Shown here piece after piece: positions 29,091-38,645 of a DNA stretch of 64,000 nucleotides. This stretch comes from an uncultured virus (IMG/VR IMGVR_UViG_3300008259_003761) (lineage: Duplodnaviria; Heunggongvirae; Uroviricota; Caudoviricetes): the IMG/VR virus record IMGVR_UViG_3300008259_003761. The stretch is one strand, 5' to 3'. Position 1 is the first letter of the stretch. Each line of letters starts with the position of its first letter. The notes beneath the pieces were generated by a model. That model worked only from the letters and a program-made list of their open reading frames with translations. It was not told where the DNA came from and did not search any database. The position numbers were made by a program, and so were the translations under genes.

Positions 29091-30626
29091 ATGAAAAAAT
29101 GGCTAGTAACTATTCTAACAATTGTTACATTTTTAATATCTAATAAGGTATCTGGCCAAATATTGTCTTATACGTTTGTTGACCCTTGTACACAAGCGGT
29201 GACCGTATTTAGTATTCCTGCTCAAGGGACGGTAGTTTTCTTTTTAAATCAATCAAGAAGTTTTACTCCAGCTGATGTTGCAAGTGGCGCATTAGCATCT
29301 TGGATAAATCAAGTTTATGCGGCTTATAGATTGGTAGCACCTTGTGGACAACAACAAGGACAGGTAACGCAAAACCAAATAACAACGCAAATAATCAGTA
29401 GTACAGTTCAAAGTGTGGTTGGTAGTATAATGTCATCTGCACAATCAGCATCAGCTGGTATGAATGTTAATTCCAGCTCATCTGGTAACAATAACAAATC
29501 GGGTAATCAAAATAATAGTGGTGGTTCTACCGCTGGTTCAAATAATAATGGTGGAAATAATACAACATCAAGTGGGGGTAATTCTGGGAGCAATTCTGGA
29601 GGTTCTGGGAGCAATTCTGGGGGTTCTACTAATAATGGTAGTGGTGGTTCAACTGGTAGTTCTGGAGGTTCTGGGGCAGGTTCTGGGGGTTCTGGAAGCG
29701 GTTCTAGTGGGGGTGGAACTACGACAGGGGGTTCTACAACCAATACTGGTGGTTCTACCGGTTCAAGTGGAGGTGGGAGTACTTCGAGTGGTGGTTCAAC
29801 AACTGGTAGTACAACACAAAGCGGTCAAAGTAGTGGTGAAAAAAAGGCTGAAGAAGTTGCTGCAACAACAACGATGAACGTTGATGCTCATAATGGTGGT
29901 GGTGAATCCGGAGGTGAATCTAGCAGTAGTGGCGGTGGTGGTAAAGGTGGAGGTAAATCCAGCTCAAAATCATCCAACTCAAATCCTATGTTAGTACAAT
30001 CAGATTTGACAACTGCTCAAAATTTAGATAAAAGTTTTACACCAATTTTAAATTTAGGTATATCACAAGCATCAATGACTGGAGCATCAAGTTGGGGAGT
30101 AACATCTATGACTTGGTTAAACTTTAGACAGTTTGCTTTGAGCGCAAGATATACAAGTATGATATTTAATAAAACTGGGACAGTAAAATATATAAGTAAT
30201 TTTAATTTAACAGGTGTGTATTCTTATGGAAACATTTTAGGTTTTGTTGGTTATAGTGGTATATTGAATGCTGGAAAATATGGAGTTACTGGTTTTAATG
30301 CAAGTGTAGCAGCTACATTAATATCAGAAGATAAATCTTCATTCTTTTCACCATCATTAACCGCATTTTATACAAAACCATTTATGGTTGGTAAAAAGCT
30401 TACAATTTCACCGGAGTTATATGTTATATCAACACCATTAATATATTCATCTAAAGAAGAGGTTTTTCAAACGGATAGAACATTTAGTGGATTTATAGGA
30501 AGCGGGTTTGATTATCAAATTTCTAAAAGATTTAAATTTAATATAAATTATAAGGCAAATTTAAGTACAAACCCTGATTTCCCAATATTATCATTTTTCT
30601 TAATTGGAAGTAAGGTAAATTTATAA
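29091..30626 (+). CDS. secreted Gly/Ser/Asn-rich protein with C-terminal outer-membrane beta-barrel-like domain
   Basis: Signal peptide, Cys pair, ~180-aa G/S/N/T tract, then amphipathic strands ending FLIGSKVNL. Confidence 0.65.
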   Translation: MKKWLVTILTIVTFLISNKVSGQILSYTFVDPCTQAVTVFSIPAQGTVVFFLNQSRSFTPADVASGALASWINQVYAAYRLVAPCGQQQGQVTQNQITTQIISSTVQSVVGSIMSSAQSASAGMNVNSSSSGNNNKSGNQNNSGGSTAGSNNNGGNNTTSSGGNSGSNSGGSGSNSGGSTNNGSGGSTGSSGGSGAGSGGSGSGSSGGGTTTGGSTTNTGGSTGSSGGGSTSSGGSTTGSTTQSGQSSGEKKAEEVAATTTMNVDAHNGGGESGGESSSSGGGGKGGGKSSSKSSNSNPMLVQSDLTTAQNLDKSFTPILNLGISQASMTGASSWGVTSMTWLNFRQFALSARYTSMIFNKTGTVKYISNFNLTGVYSYGNILGFVGYSGILNAGKYGVTGFNASVAATLISEDKSSFFSPSLTAFYTKPFMVGKKLTISPELYVISTPLIYSSKEEVFQTDRTFSGFIGSGFDYQISKRFKFNINYKANLSTNPDFPILSFFLIGSKVNL

Positions 30627-32926
30627 TGAAAAAGTTATTAATAATATTATTGAGTTTTTTACCATATTTGGTATTTTCTCAAGCAACAACGGTATCATTA
30701 GGTACGTCAAGCACAGGTGTACTATCACTAAGTCACAATACGTGGACAAAGGTTGACCCTAACGTAACCATAACGGCAAATGGTAACATAACTGGATTTA
30801 GAGTTCAAATATCACAAGCATATACAAGTGGTGCTAGTGGTGACCAATTAAGGTCAACTGTAACATTACCTTCTGGTATTAGTGTATCTACATTTAACAC
30901 AACAACGGGTATTTTAATTTTTAATGGTACAACAACCGCATCTAATTGGCAAACTATATTAAGAGGTGTTGAATTTAAATCCACTTCTTCAAGTTGTTAT
31001 GCATTACAAAGAAGAGTAACATTTGTTGCTGGTACGGTATTCTACAATCCACTAACTGAACATTTTTACGAATATGTTGCGGGAAGTACAACTTGGACGA
31101 ATGCAAAAACATCAGCAGAAAATCGTTCTTATTTTGGTAGAGTCGGTTATTTGGCAACAATGTCATCCGAAGCGGAAAATAACTTTGTTTGGAAATTGAT
31201 GTCCTCTGATGCGTGGTTTGGTGCTTCCGATGAAGTATCTGCTGTAAATACGGCAAAAGGAAGTACCGCTTTTGCATCACAATCAGCTGTTGAACAAAAA
31301 TGGCATTGGGTAACCGGTCCTGAAAAGGGTACACAATTTTCAAATAGTTCAACAGCGGTAACAGGTCAATATTCAAAATGGGCTGGTGGTGAACCAAACA
31401 ATGCGGGAGGTGAACACTATGGACAATTCTATTCATCTAATAACGGTCAATGGAATGATTTACCAAATGTAAATTTAGGTGGATATGTTTGTGAATATGG
31501 GGATATGCCAGGAGATATTACATCAAGCACAACCATATTAACAAAGGATATTGAGATTAGTGGAGCATCAAGTGGTTACCTAAGTGGCGGTGATATAAAT
31601 GTATGTTCTGGTAGTAATAGTACCACTTTAACGCTCAATGGATATACAGGTAGTGTTGTTAGATGGGAATCTTCATTTGATAACTTCTTTACGGCTGGTA
31701 CTACAATATCAAGTACATCTTCAAGTATCACTGTTAGTAACCTTACAAAAACAACTTATTATAGAGCAATTGTAAACTCATCAAGTCCTCAAAGTTGTTC
31801 TAATTTACCAACTTCAAGTGTTTTCTTATCAGTTAAACCAACAAAATCGGGAAGTATATTTGCAGTTAACAATTCAATTTGTGCTGGTGGACAAGTTGAA
31901 CTAACACTTTCAGGTCAGCAAGGAAATGTAAATAAATGGCAACGTTCAACTGATAATGTGAATTGGACTGATATATCAAATACTACAACAAGTCTTACTG
32001 AAACATTAAGTAACGCAGGAACTTATTATTATAGAGTTCAAGTTCAAACTCCAAATTGTGGTAGTGCAGTTAACTCTGATTCAAAAACAATTACCGTAAC
32101 ATCTGGAACACCTCCAGTTGGTGGTTCTGTTTCTTCAGCAAATCATTCAACCACAAGTAACTCTGGGACACTTACATTAAGTGGATATAGTGGAACTATT
32201 GTAAAATGGCAACGTTCAACCAATGAGGGGGTTACATGGACTGATATTACAAATACAAACACAACGTATTCATACACTAATATTACAGCAAAAACATTAT
32301 TTAGAGTACAATTACAAAGTGGTACTTGTGGATTTGCATATTCTACCGCTGGTATTGTTAATATAGTTTATACAATATCCGGTACAATCACATTACCAGC
32401 ATCAACAACATTATCGCCTATGATAACAATAAGTTTATATAAAGTTGTTGGTAGTACAGAAACTTTAGTAAAAACCGATACATTAAACTCAAATGGTACA
32501 TATTCATTTGATGTACCTGAAAGTGGTATTAATTATAAAATAGTACCATCTTTGGTAATGCAAGGTATAACTTTGGATGATTTCAATCCTGCTTTTAATG
32601 AGGTTATGAATATGAATACACCAAATAACACAACATCTGGATTACATTTAAATTCTGGTAAAAAATGGAAAGCAGCTGATATTAGTAGAAATGGATTCTT
32701 AGATTTAGGAGATGCTTTCCTAATAGCAGCTCATATAACTAATTTAGTACCCATCAATAAAGTACTATGGTTTACTTCAGCAAATTATGATTCGTTAACA
32801 CAATCAAACTATGGTTCAGTAAATGCGGTTGAATCATTTTCATTCAGTTCTGTTAGTTCTAGTGTTACCCAAAACATAAAATATTGTATATTGGGTGATG
32901 TAAATCTTTCACATTCTTCAAACTAA
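30626..32926 (+). CDS. secreted C-type-lectin / Ig-repeat adhesin with C-terminal dockerin-like module
   Basis: Signal peptide; HFYEYV...W..A...GYLAT....EN; GEPNN; WNDL; YVCEY; three W(E/Q)xS Ig-like repeats; ADISRNGFLDLGDA...ILGDVNLSHS. Confidence 0.8.
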   Translation: MKKLLIILLSFLPYLVFSQATTVSLGTSSTGVLSLSHNTWTKVDPNVTITANGNITGFRVQISQAYTSGASGDQLRSTVTLPSGISVSTFNTTTGILIFNGTTTASNWQTILRGVEFKSTSSSCYALQRRVTFVAGTVFYNPLTEHFYEYVAGSTTWTNAKTSAENRSYFGRVGYLATMSSEAENNFVWKLMSSDAWFGASDEVSAVNTAKGSTAFASQSAVEQKWHWVTGPEKGTQFSNSSTAVTGQYSKWAGGEPNNAGGEHYGQFYSSNNGQWNDLPNVNLGGYVCEYGDMPGDITSSTTILTKDIEISGASSGYLSGGDINVCSGSNSTTLTLNGYTGSVVRWESSFDNFFTAGTTISSTSSSITVSNLTKTTYYRAIVNSSSPQSCSNLPTSSVFLSVKPTKSGSIFAVNNSICAGGQVELTLSGQQGNVNKWQRSTDNVNWTDISNTTTSLTETLSNAGTYYYRVQVQTPNCGSAVNSDSKTITVTSGTPPVGGSVSSANHSTTSNSGTLTLSGYSGTIVKWQRSTNEGVTWTDITNTNTTYSYTNITAKTLFRVQLQSGTCGFAYSTAGIVNIVYTISGTITLPASTTLSPMITISLYKVVGSTETLVKTDTLNSNGTYSFDVPESGINYKIVPSLVMQGITLDDFNPAFNEVMNMNTPNNTTSGLHLNSGKKWKAADISRNGFLDLGDAFLIAAHITNLVPINKVLWFTSANYDSLTQSNYGSVNAVESFSFSSVSSSVTQNIKYCILGDVNLSHSSN

Positions 32927-32981
32927 CATTTTTACGTTTTAACAACTTTAGATATTTATACCTGTTAAAAAGTATTTAAAT

Positions 32982-33737
32982 ATGAAAAACAAATTACAAC
33001 AAGAAGTTCAACAAAATGTTGAAAAAGTAAAAGAATTTAAAAATAATAATAAAAAGCTCCTTTTGGTGGCTGGTATCTTATTATTAGGTTTTTTATTGTG
33101 GGGAACGTTTTCAAACAAATATCATAAGAAAGAAATCAAAGCCTTAGAGAAGGAAATAGAATTGGTTCAGGAAAAGTTTGAAGAAGCGGTAATTGAAAAG
33201 GAAAGATTAAGAGATTCTTCTGAAGTATATGAAACAATAGCTGCACAAGCAGAATTAGAAGCTGATAAATTTAGAGATAAGGCTGCAAGAGAAAAGAAAG
33301 ATAAAGAAACTGCGTTAGCAGCTTTGAAGAATTTACCAAAGGATGAAATTGATACATTTTTGGCTAAAAGATATGTAAATGTTGAAAAAGCAGATGTTAA
33401 TTTAGATTTGGATAAAAACGTAGGTAATGCAATAGTGGTTGAGTTAGTGGAAAAAGACCATTTAGTAGGTCAATTAGCAACTTCTGATAGTTTAAACACC
33501 ACACTAACAGGTCAAGTTAGTTCTTTAAAAACATCTTTAGACTTTTCAAAATCTGCATTAATTTCAGCAGATTCGGCGATTGCACATAAAACAAAACAAT
33601 TTGAGTTACAACAACAGGTAAGTGATTTACTTAAAAAAGACCTAAAAACTGCAAAAAACAAAGCATTTTGGAATAAATTTAAAGGTGCTGGTGTTGGTTT
33701 ACTTATTGGGTTTGGTGTTGGTATATTAGCTAAATAA
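32982..33737 (+). CDS. membrane-anchored coiled-coil protein (spanin-like topology)
   Basis: N-terminal TM, long coiled coil, C-terminal Gly-rich hydrophobic segment. Confidence 0.6.
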   Translation: MKNKLQQEVQQNVEKVKEFKNNNKKLLLVAGILLLGFLLWGTFSNKYHKKEIKALEKEIELVQEKFEEAVIEKERLRDSSEVYETIAAQAELEADKFRDKAAREKKDKETALAALKNLPKDEIDTFLAKRYVNVEKADVNLDLDKNVGNAIVVELVEKDHLVGQLATSDSLNTTLTGQVSSLKTSLDFSKSALISADSAIAHKTKQFELQQQVSDLLKKDLKTAKNKAFWNKFKGAGVGLLIGFGVGILAK

Positions 33738-33743
33738 TTAATT

Positions 33744-33971
33744 ATGATAAAACTAACTGAAATATTAACCGAAGAAACTCCTATCTATAAAGATTGGGAT
33801 GAGTTTGTAAATCCTCATCACATTATTGTACATCTTAAAAATGGTAAAAAGTTAAAGGTAGATAGAAGTAGAGTAAAGGGTGGAAATGCTGCTTACCATG
33901 CAATCCTCAAAGCGTTTAATGACAATAACTACAAAATTACCAATAAGATTGTGAAAGCTATGATGGTATAG
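33744..33971 (+). CDS. small protein with MIKLTEILTE leader (probably the N-terminus of the next ORF)
   Basis: L-x-E motifs; its stop overlaps the open frame of the downstream hydrolase. Confidence 0.55.
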   Translation: MIKLTEILTEETPIYKDWDEFVNPHHIIVHLKNGKKLKVDRSRVKGGNAAYHAILKAFNDNNYKITNKIVKAMMV

Positions 33972-34762
33972 TATCTAAAGAAATTAACGATAAGTTTATC
34001 TTAGCTAAAAATAGAGATAGAGCTTATAATCCTTCTTTAGAAATTGTACACACTATCATTGATGGTGTTGAAGTTGCATATCTGCACGATTTGGTAACCG
34101 ATTGGAGTGAGGGTTTAAACGAAAAAGGTATTGGTGTTGTGAACTCAGCATTACTTGTAGGACATGATGAGGCTGAACATAAAATTGTAAAAAAAGGTGG
34201 TAAACCTGGACCTGATGGTGATAAGATGAGAAATATCATCAAACAACCAACTTTATTAAATGCAATAAGAGCTGCACTTAAATACAAAGGTAAGAGTGGG
34301 TTATCTCTTAAAGGTCATACATTTGTATCATCTCCAAAACATATGGTTAGTATTGAAACCACATCAAAGCATAAGCCGGATGTTAAACTTCAAAACTCCG
34401 AATCACCCGTTGTTCGTACAAATCACGGACACCTATTCACCGATGCAGGATACACACATGGTGAAAAATACTTATCATCTAAATTGAGAAAGATATCAGC
34501 GGAAAAATCAGTTGATAAAGTAGATGATTGGACAGAAATATCAGCGGCTATGAGAAAGGAATACTTTCCAAATAGACCACAATTGAATATGAAAAGAGAC
34601 ACCAAAGAGATGTCTACTTCTTCTCAGACAGTAATGAATCTTACTGATAAGATATTACAAATAACCTATTTTAAAGATAAGGTTAATGAATTTAAAGGTA
34701 TTAATAATCAATTACCAAAAGATTATCAGCCTAAAATCAAAATCGAAATAATAGCTATATAA
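33968..34762 (+). CDS. Ntn-hydrolase-like (C45/NRDE-type) domain, 5' end disrupted
   Basis: Frame is open upstream of 34091: IVSKEINDKFILAKNRDR...WSEGLNEKGIGVVNS...VVRTNHG. Confidence 0.6.
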   Translation: MVSKEINDKFILAKNRDRAYNPSLEIVHTIIDGVEVAYLHDLVTDWSEGLNEKGIGVVNSALLVGHDEAEHKIVKKGGKPGPDGDKMRNIIKQPTLLNAIRAALKYKGKSGLSLKGHTFVSSPKHMVSIETTSKHKPDVKLQNSESPVVRTNHGHLFTDAGYTHGEKYLSSKLRKISAEKSVDKVDDWTEISAAMRKEYFPNRPQLNMKRDTKEMSTSSQTVMNLTDKILQITYFKDKVNEFKGINNQLPKDYQPKIKIEIIAI

Positions 34763-34819
34763 CTTTAAGTTTTCGTTTATTACATATTTATAGATAAGCA
34801 AAAATAAATATGCAATAGT

Positions 34820-35212
34820 ATGTCAACTGATTTTGAATTATTCAAAGGTAAATCGTTAAGTTCTCTTTTTGAGGATATATACAACAACCAAATACAAAAA
34901 AAGGCTAAAATAAGCGAGCTTATCAATGAATTAAAAAAAATGATAAAGCATGCTGGTGATGTAGCTGTGATAGGTCCAATTATTAAAGACCTTATCGAAA
35001 CTTCCGTAAAAAATGATGACCAACTTGTTAAATTGGCCACAATTGCACAAAGAATTATAGCGGGAGAGAAAAAAACTGAAGGACAGGAAGGATACCTATC
35101 AGCAGAAGAAAAAGCACAATTATTAGCAGAAATAGATTCTATTCAACAAGAAGTATCAAAAGTTGATGACCTTCAGTTTGAAATTGATGAAATTAAGGAT
35201 AAAATAAATTAA
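34820..35212 (+). CDS. conserved phage helical protein
   Basis: 130 aa, preceded by ATATTTATA; first gene of the baseplate block. Confidence 0.7.
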   Translation: MSTDFELFKGKSLSSLFEDIYNNQIQKKAKISELINELKKMIKHAGDVAVIGPIIKDLIETSVKNDDQLVKLATIAQRIIAGEKKTEGQEGYLSAEEKAQLLAEIDSIQQEVSKVDDLQFEIDEIKDKIN

Positions 35213-35213
35213 T

Positions 35214-36467
35214 ATGGGTTTAGTTAATGCTGGGGTTGTAAACGTTAGGGGTGCACAAACTGGTACTACATCTCCAATTTCCAAAAAAGGATTTGGTTAT
35301 GTGTATAGTATTATATTGGATGAAACACACCCTAGAATAAAAGAAAAGGTTGGTAACACTATAAGTGAACCAAATATGTCTTTAATAGGATGTATCGAGT
35401 TTAGATTTTCGAGCGATAATGTATCCGATGAAGAAAACCTACCATTAGCATATCCATTTGATAAAAACTTTGTAAACCTTCCTGTAAGAAACGAAACAGT
35501 TGAAATTTGGCAGGGTGAAGGTGGACAAAACTTTTATAGAAGAATTGGTGATGATATAACACCAAATATAAATGCAGATGAAAAAGCTATAAGTAAAACA
35601 TTTGCACCAAAATCAACAAAAGATAATTCTTCAAAAAATTATCAAAAAGTACAAGCAACTTCCATAGCTAGAACCGATAGTAATGAATCATCAAAATATG
35701 ATGGGTATGGTGATTATTTTAAAACTGAAGCTGGGATACATAAATTAAAATTGTACGAAGGTGATAGTTTACTACAAACTAGATTTGGTCAATCAATACG
35801 ATTTAGTGGTTTTAATAACAACAATAAAGAATTTTCTCCTGTAATAATATTAAGAAACTCTGAAAATTCTATATCAAAAAATAAATCAATTACCGAACCT
35901 ACCGAAGAAGATTTTAGTAGAGATGGTAGTATAATAGCATTGACATCAAACCAATATCAAATAGGTTTTCAACCGGGTACTGTGGATGATGGTGGAACTT
36001 CTGATTTTGAAACTAAACCAAACTCATTTAAAGATTTTCCAAAAAAATTAATAGGAGATAACGTATTAATAAATTCTGGTAGATTAATATTATCAGCTAG
36101 AAATGCTGAAATGATGTTTTTCTCAAAGAAAAATTATGGATTTATTTCAGATGGTGCATTATCAATAGATAATAAATTAGGTGTAAATGTAAATGTTGGT
36201 GATAATACAAATTATACAACAAACGACAGAGATATTAATTTTAACACTGGAAACGGAAAAATAAATTTAGGTAATAAAGAATTAGAACCAATTGTAAAAG
36301 GACAAAAATTAGTTGATATTTTAAAAGAATTAATTGATACAATAGTTGCACAGGTTTATCTAACACCATCCGGTCCAACTGCAACAGGTCCAACAAATTT
36401 AGCGGACTTTAATAGTATAAAATCCAGATTAAATACGATACTTAGTGAATTAAATAAAACATCTTAA
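35214..36467 (+). CDS. baseplate hub/spike protein (gp5/VgrG-like)
   Basis: OB-like N-terminus (LP..NETV), YEGD...RFGQSIRF, INSGRL beta repeats, C-terminal TPSGPT; upstream of gp25. Confidence 0.65.
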   Translation: MGLVNAGVVNVRGAQTGTTSPISKKGFGYVYSIILDETHPRIKEKVGNTISEPNMSLIGCIEFRFSSDNVSDEENLPLAYPFDKNFVNLPVRNETVEIWQGEGGQNFYRRIGDDITPNINADEKAISKTFAPKSTKDNSSKNYQKVQATSIARTDSNESSKYDGYGDYFKTEAGIHKLKLYEGDSLLQTRFGQSIRFSGFNNNNKEFSPVIILRNSENSISKNKSITEPTEEDFSRDGSIIALTSNQYQIGFQPGTVDDGGTSDFETKPNSFKDFPKKLIGDNVLINSGRLILSARNAEMMFFSKKNYGFISDGALSIDNKLGVNVNVGDNTNYTTNDRDINFNTGNGKINLGNKELEPIVKGQKLVDILKELIDTIVAQVYLTPSGPTATGPTNLADFNSIKSRLNTILSELNKTS

Positions 36468-36468
36468 T

Positions 36469-37608
36469 ATGTCTTGGGCTATATTCAAAGCAAATATTTT
36501 AAGATATGCTAATAATCCGAATAGCCTGCAAGATGTAGATTCGGTTGCTAATCTTTGGGCTAAAGAATATGATGCTGCTATAAAAAGAGGATTTGATACT
36601 GTAAATTTTGTTACTTTGAAAAAAGGTAATGTTGAAATTTTAGAACAATTGTTTAAAGCAGCTTTGTTAAAAGGGCAAACATCAAAACAACCTTATGATT
36701 TAGTTGGTGCTATGGGTAATGCTGTAAAAGCATATTGGGCAGGTGGTATAATGAATGAAATACCAATACCACTAATACCAGCACCAGGTGCAGTTTCAAA
36801 CATTAGCGTTGTTTCAAATGTTGTTATAAACCCTGGTACTTGGACTCCACCAACATCAAGACCATCCGTTGGTATAACACCAAATTTAAATGGAACTGAA
36901 GTGGAAACTACACAAGACCCAACAATGTCAGAAGAGGAATTAGCTGGTGCTAATGAAGATTTGGCAACCGCTGAAACTGATTTGGAAGAGTTTGCAGCTT
37001 CTGGTCAAGAAGAAGCAGCAGTTACCGCTGAAGAACAAATACAATATCAGCAAGATAGAATAGATTCCGAAGAAAATACATCTATGTTTGTAGAAGAAGC
37101 AAATTTAAGCGAAGAACAACAACAACAAATAGAAGAAGTAAAAAATGATAATGAAGCAGAGCCTGTATCCGATGATAATATTGGTAAGAAGATTGTTGCT
37201 ATGGCTTTGAAAGATTTGGGAACTTTAGAAAATCCACTCCCACCTAAAACACCGGAAAATTCAGGTGAAAGAGTTTTAACGATGCTGAGAAATACCGGAA
37301 TAAACGGACCTGCATATTGGTGTGCTGCGGCTGTTACAACTTGGTATAAAGCAGCAGGCGCAGCTTATCCACCAAGTGGTGCAGCTTCTTGTGATGTTTG
37401 GATGAATTGGGCTAAAAGAAATAAATTATTTAGTAAAACACCAGCAGTTGGTGCGGCTATCTTATATGGTAGCTCTTCAGATGCTCATCATATAGGAATT
37501 GTAGAAACTGTTGTTGGGAGCGGATTTAATAGAAATGGAGTTGGTGTATTTAGAAAAACTCCAAACGCTTCAAAAGCACTTGGATTTGTATTACCTAAAA
37601 AGAAATAA
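36469..37608 (+). CDS. virion protein with C-terminal CHAP amidase domain
   Basis: YWCAAAV, PAVGA and HHIGIVE motifs; acidic linker; the EGN motif is missing. Confidence 0.75.
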   Translation: MSWAIFKANILRYANNPNSLQDVDSVANLWAKEYDAAIKRGFDTVNFVTLKKGNVEILEQLFKAALLKGQTSKQPYDLVGAMGNAVKAYWAGGIMNEIPIPLIPAPGAVSNISVVSNVVINPGTWTPPTSRPSVGITPNLNGTEVETTQDPTMSEEELAGANEDLATAETDLEEFAASGQEEAAVTAEEQIQYQQDRIDSEENTSMFVEEANLSEEQQQQIEEVKNDNEAEPVSDDNIGKKIVAMALKDLGTLENPLPPKTPENSGERVLTMLRNTGINGPAYWCAAAVTTWYKAAGAAYPPSGAASCDVWMNWAKRNKLFSKTPAVGAAILYGSSSDAHHIGIVETVVGSGFNRNGVGVFRKTPNASKALGFVLPKKK

Positions 37609-37611
37609 AAA

Positions 37612-38592
37612 ATGTCAGTATTACCACCATCAAATAATACATCGGCAATAATAGATGATTTTATAACTTATGCTACACAACATCTTACAACTGTTAGTGG
37701 TGTAATAACCACAGTATCACTATATCCTGCAGCTCCAACGCCTGTGCCTGGACCTGGTGCTATAACTTGGACTGGGTACACTGTCACTCCATCTGTACCA
37801 ACCCCACAATTCTCTACTGCAAATTTTGACCCAAATTTAGTAGAAACTCCAATTGCAGATACTACATCAATAGAGATGACAGATTCTCAATTAGCTGTAT
37901 CGGAACAAGCAAGTTTAAATGGTTCTAATATAAACGAAGCAACGGCTATGGCTTTTGAAAGTGATGAAGAATTCACACCCAGTCAAATAGAATCAGCAGA
38001 AGCTGCGTTAATTGAAGATGCTGAAAATCAACCAACCCCAACTGAAGCAGAACCAATCGATGATGATATTAAACAGGTTCCTAATTATAAAACAAACGTA
38101 AAAGTTCCTCCTGAGATGGTTGTTGCTATGAGAAAATATGGTGTTGGTAGAACTGCGATTCAAAGAGCACACCTATTAGCTCAATGTGCACATGAGTCTG
38201 GTGTATGGATATACAAAGAAGAAATTGCTTCTGGAGCGGCTTATGAGGGTAGAAAAGATTTGGGAAATACCCAAACTGGAGATGGTAAACGTTACAAAGG
38301 TAGAGGATATGTACAATTAACAGGTAGGGCTAATTATAAAAAGTATGGACCTGTTGCTGGTGCGGATTTTGAAAATAACCCAACAATAGTTGCAACTAGG
38401 TACTTTGCAGATACGGCCTGTATGTTTTGGAAATCAAATAAATTAGATGCAAAAGCAGTTGATTCAAGCGAAACTACCATAAAAGTTATAAGTAAAAGGA
38501 TTAATGGTGGGTATAATGGATTGGCTGATAGAATGAAAAAATTCAAATTATATTGGACAGAGTTGCAGAAAGACCCTACGCTGTGGAGTTAA
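37612..38592 (+). CDS. virion protein with C-terminal GH19 (chitinase-class lysozyme) domain
   Basis: LAQCAHES, LGN...GDG.RYKGRGYVQLTGRANY and INGGYNGLADR motifs. Confidence 0.9.
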   Translation: MSVLPPSNNTSAIIDDFITYATQHLTTVSGVITTVSLYPAAPTPVPGPGAITWTGYTVTPSVPTPQFSTANFDPNLVETPIADTTSIEMTDSQLAVSEQASLNGSNINEATAMAFESDEEFTPSQIESAEAALIEDAENQPTPTEAEPIDDDIKQVPNYKTNVKVPPEMVVAMRKYGVGRTAIQRAHLLAQCAHESGVWIYKEEIASGAAYEGRKDLGNTQTGDGKRYKGRGYVQLTGRANYKKYGPVAGADFENNPTIVATRYFADTACMFWKSNKLDAKAVDSSETTIKVISKRINGGYNGLADRMKKFKLYWTELQKDPTLWS

Positions 38593-38645
38593 AACGCAAA
38601 AATACTTTATCCAAATATTTATAAACATAACAAAGATAAACTATT

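Noticed and set aside
29464..29877. Overlapping ORFs 29464-29877 (+) and 29507-29743 (-)
   Set aside because: Shadow frames of the Gly/Ser low-complexity tract.
30626..32926. Diversity-generating retroelement target (C-type lectin fold)
   Set aside because: No reverse transcriptase or template/variable repeat pair seen in the window, and the lectin domain is internal rather than C-terminal.
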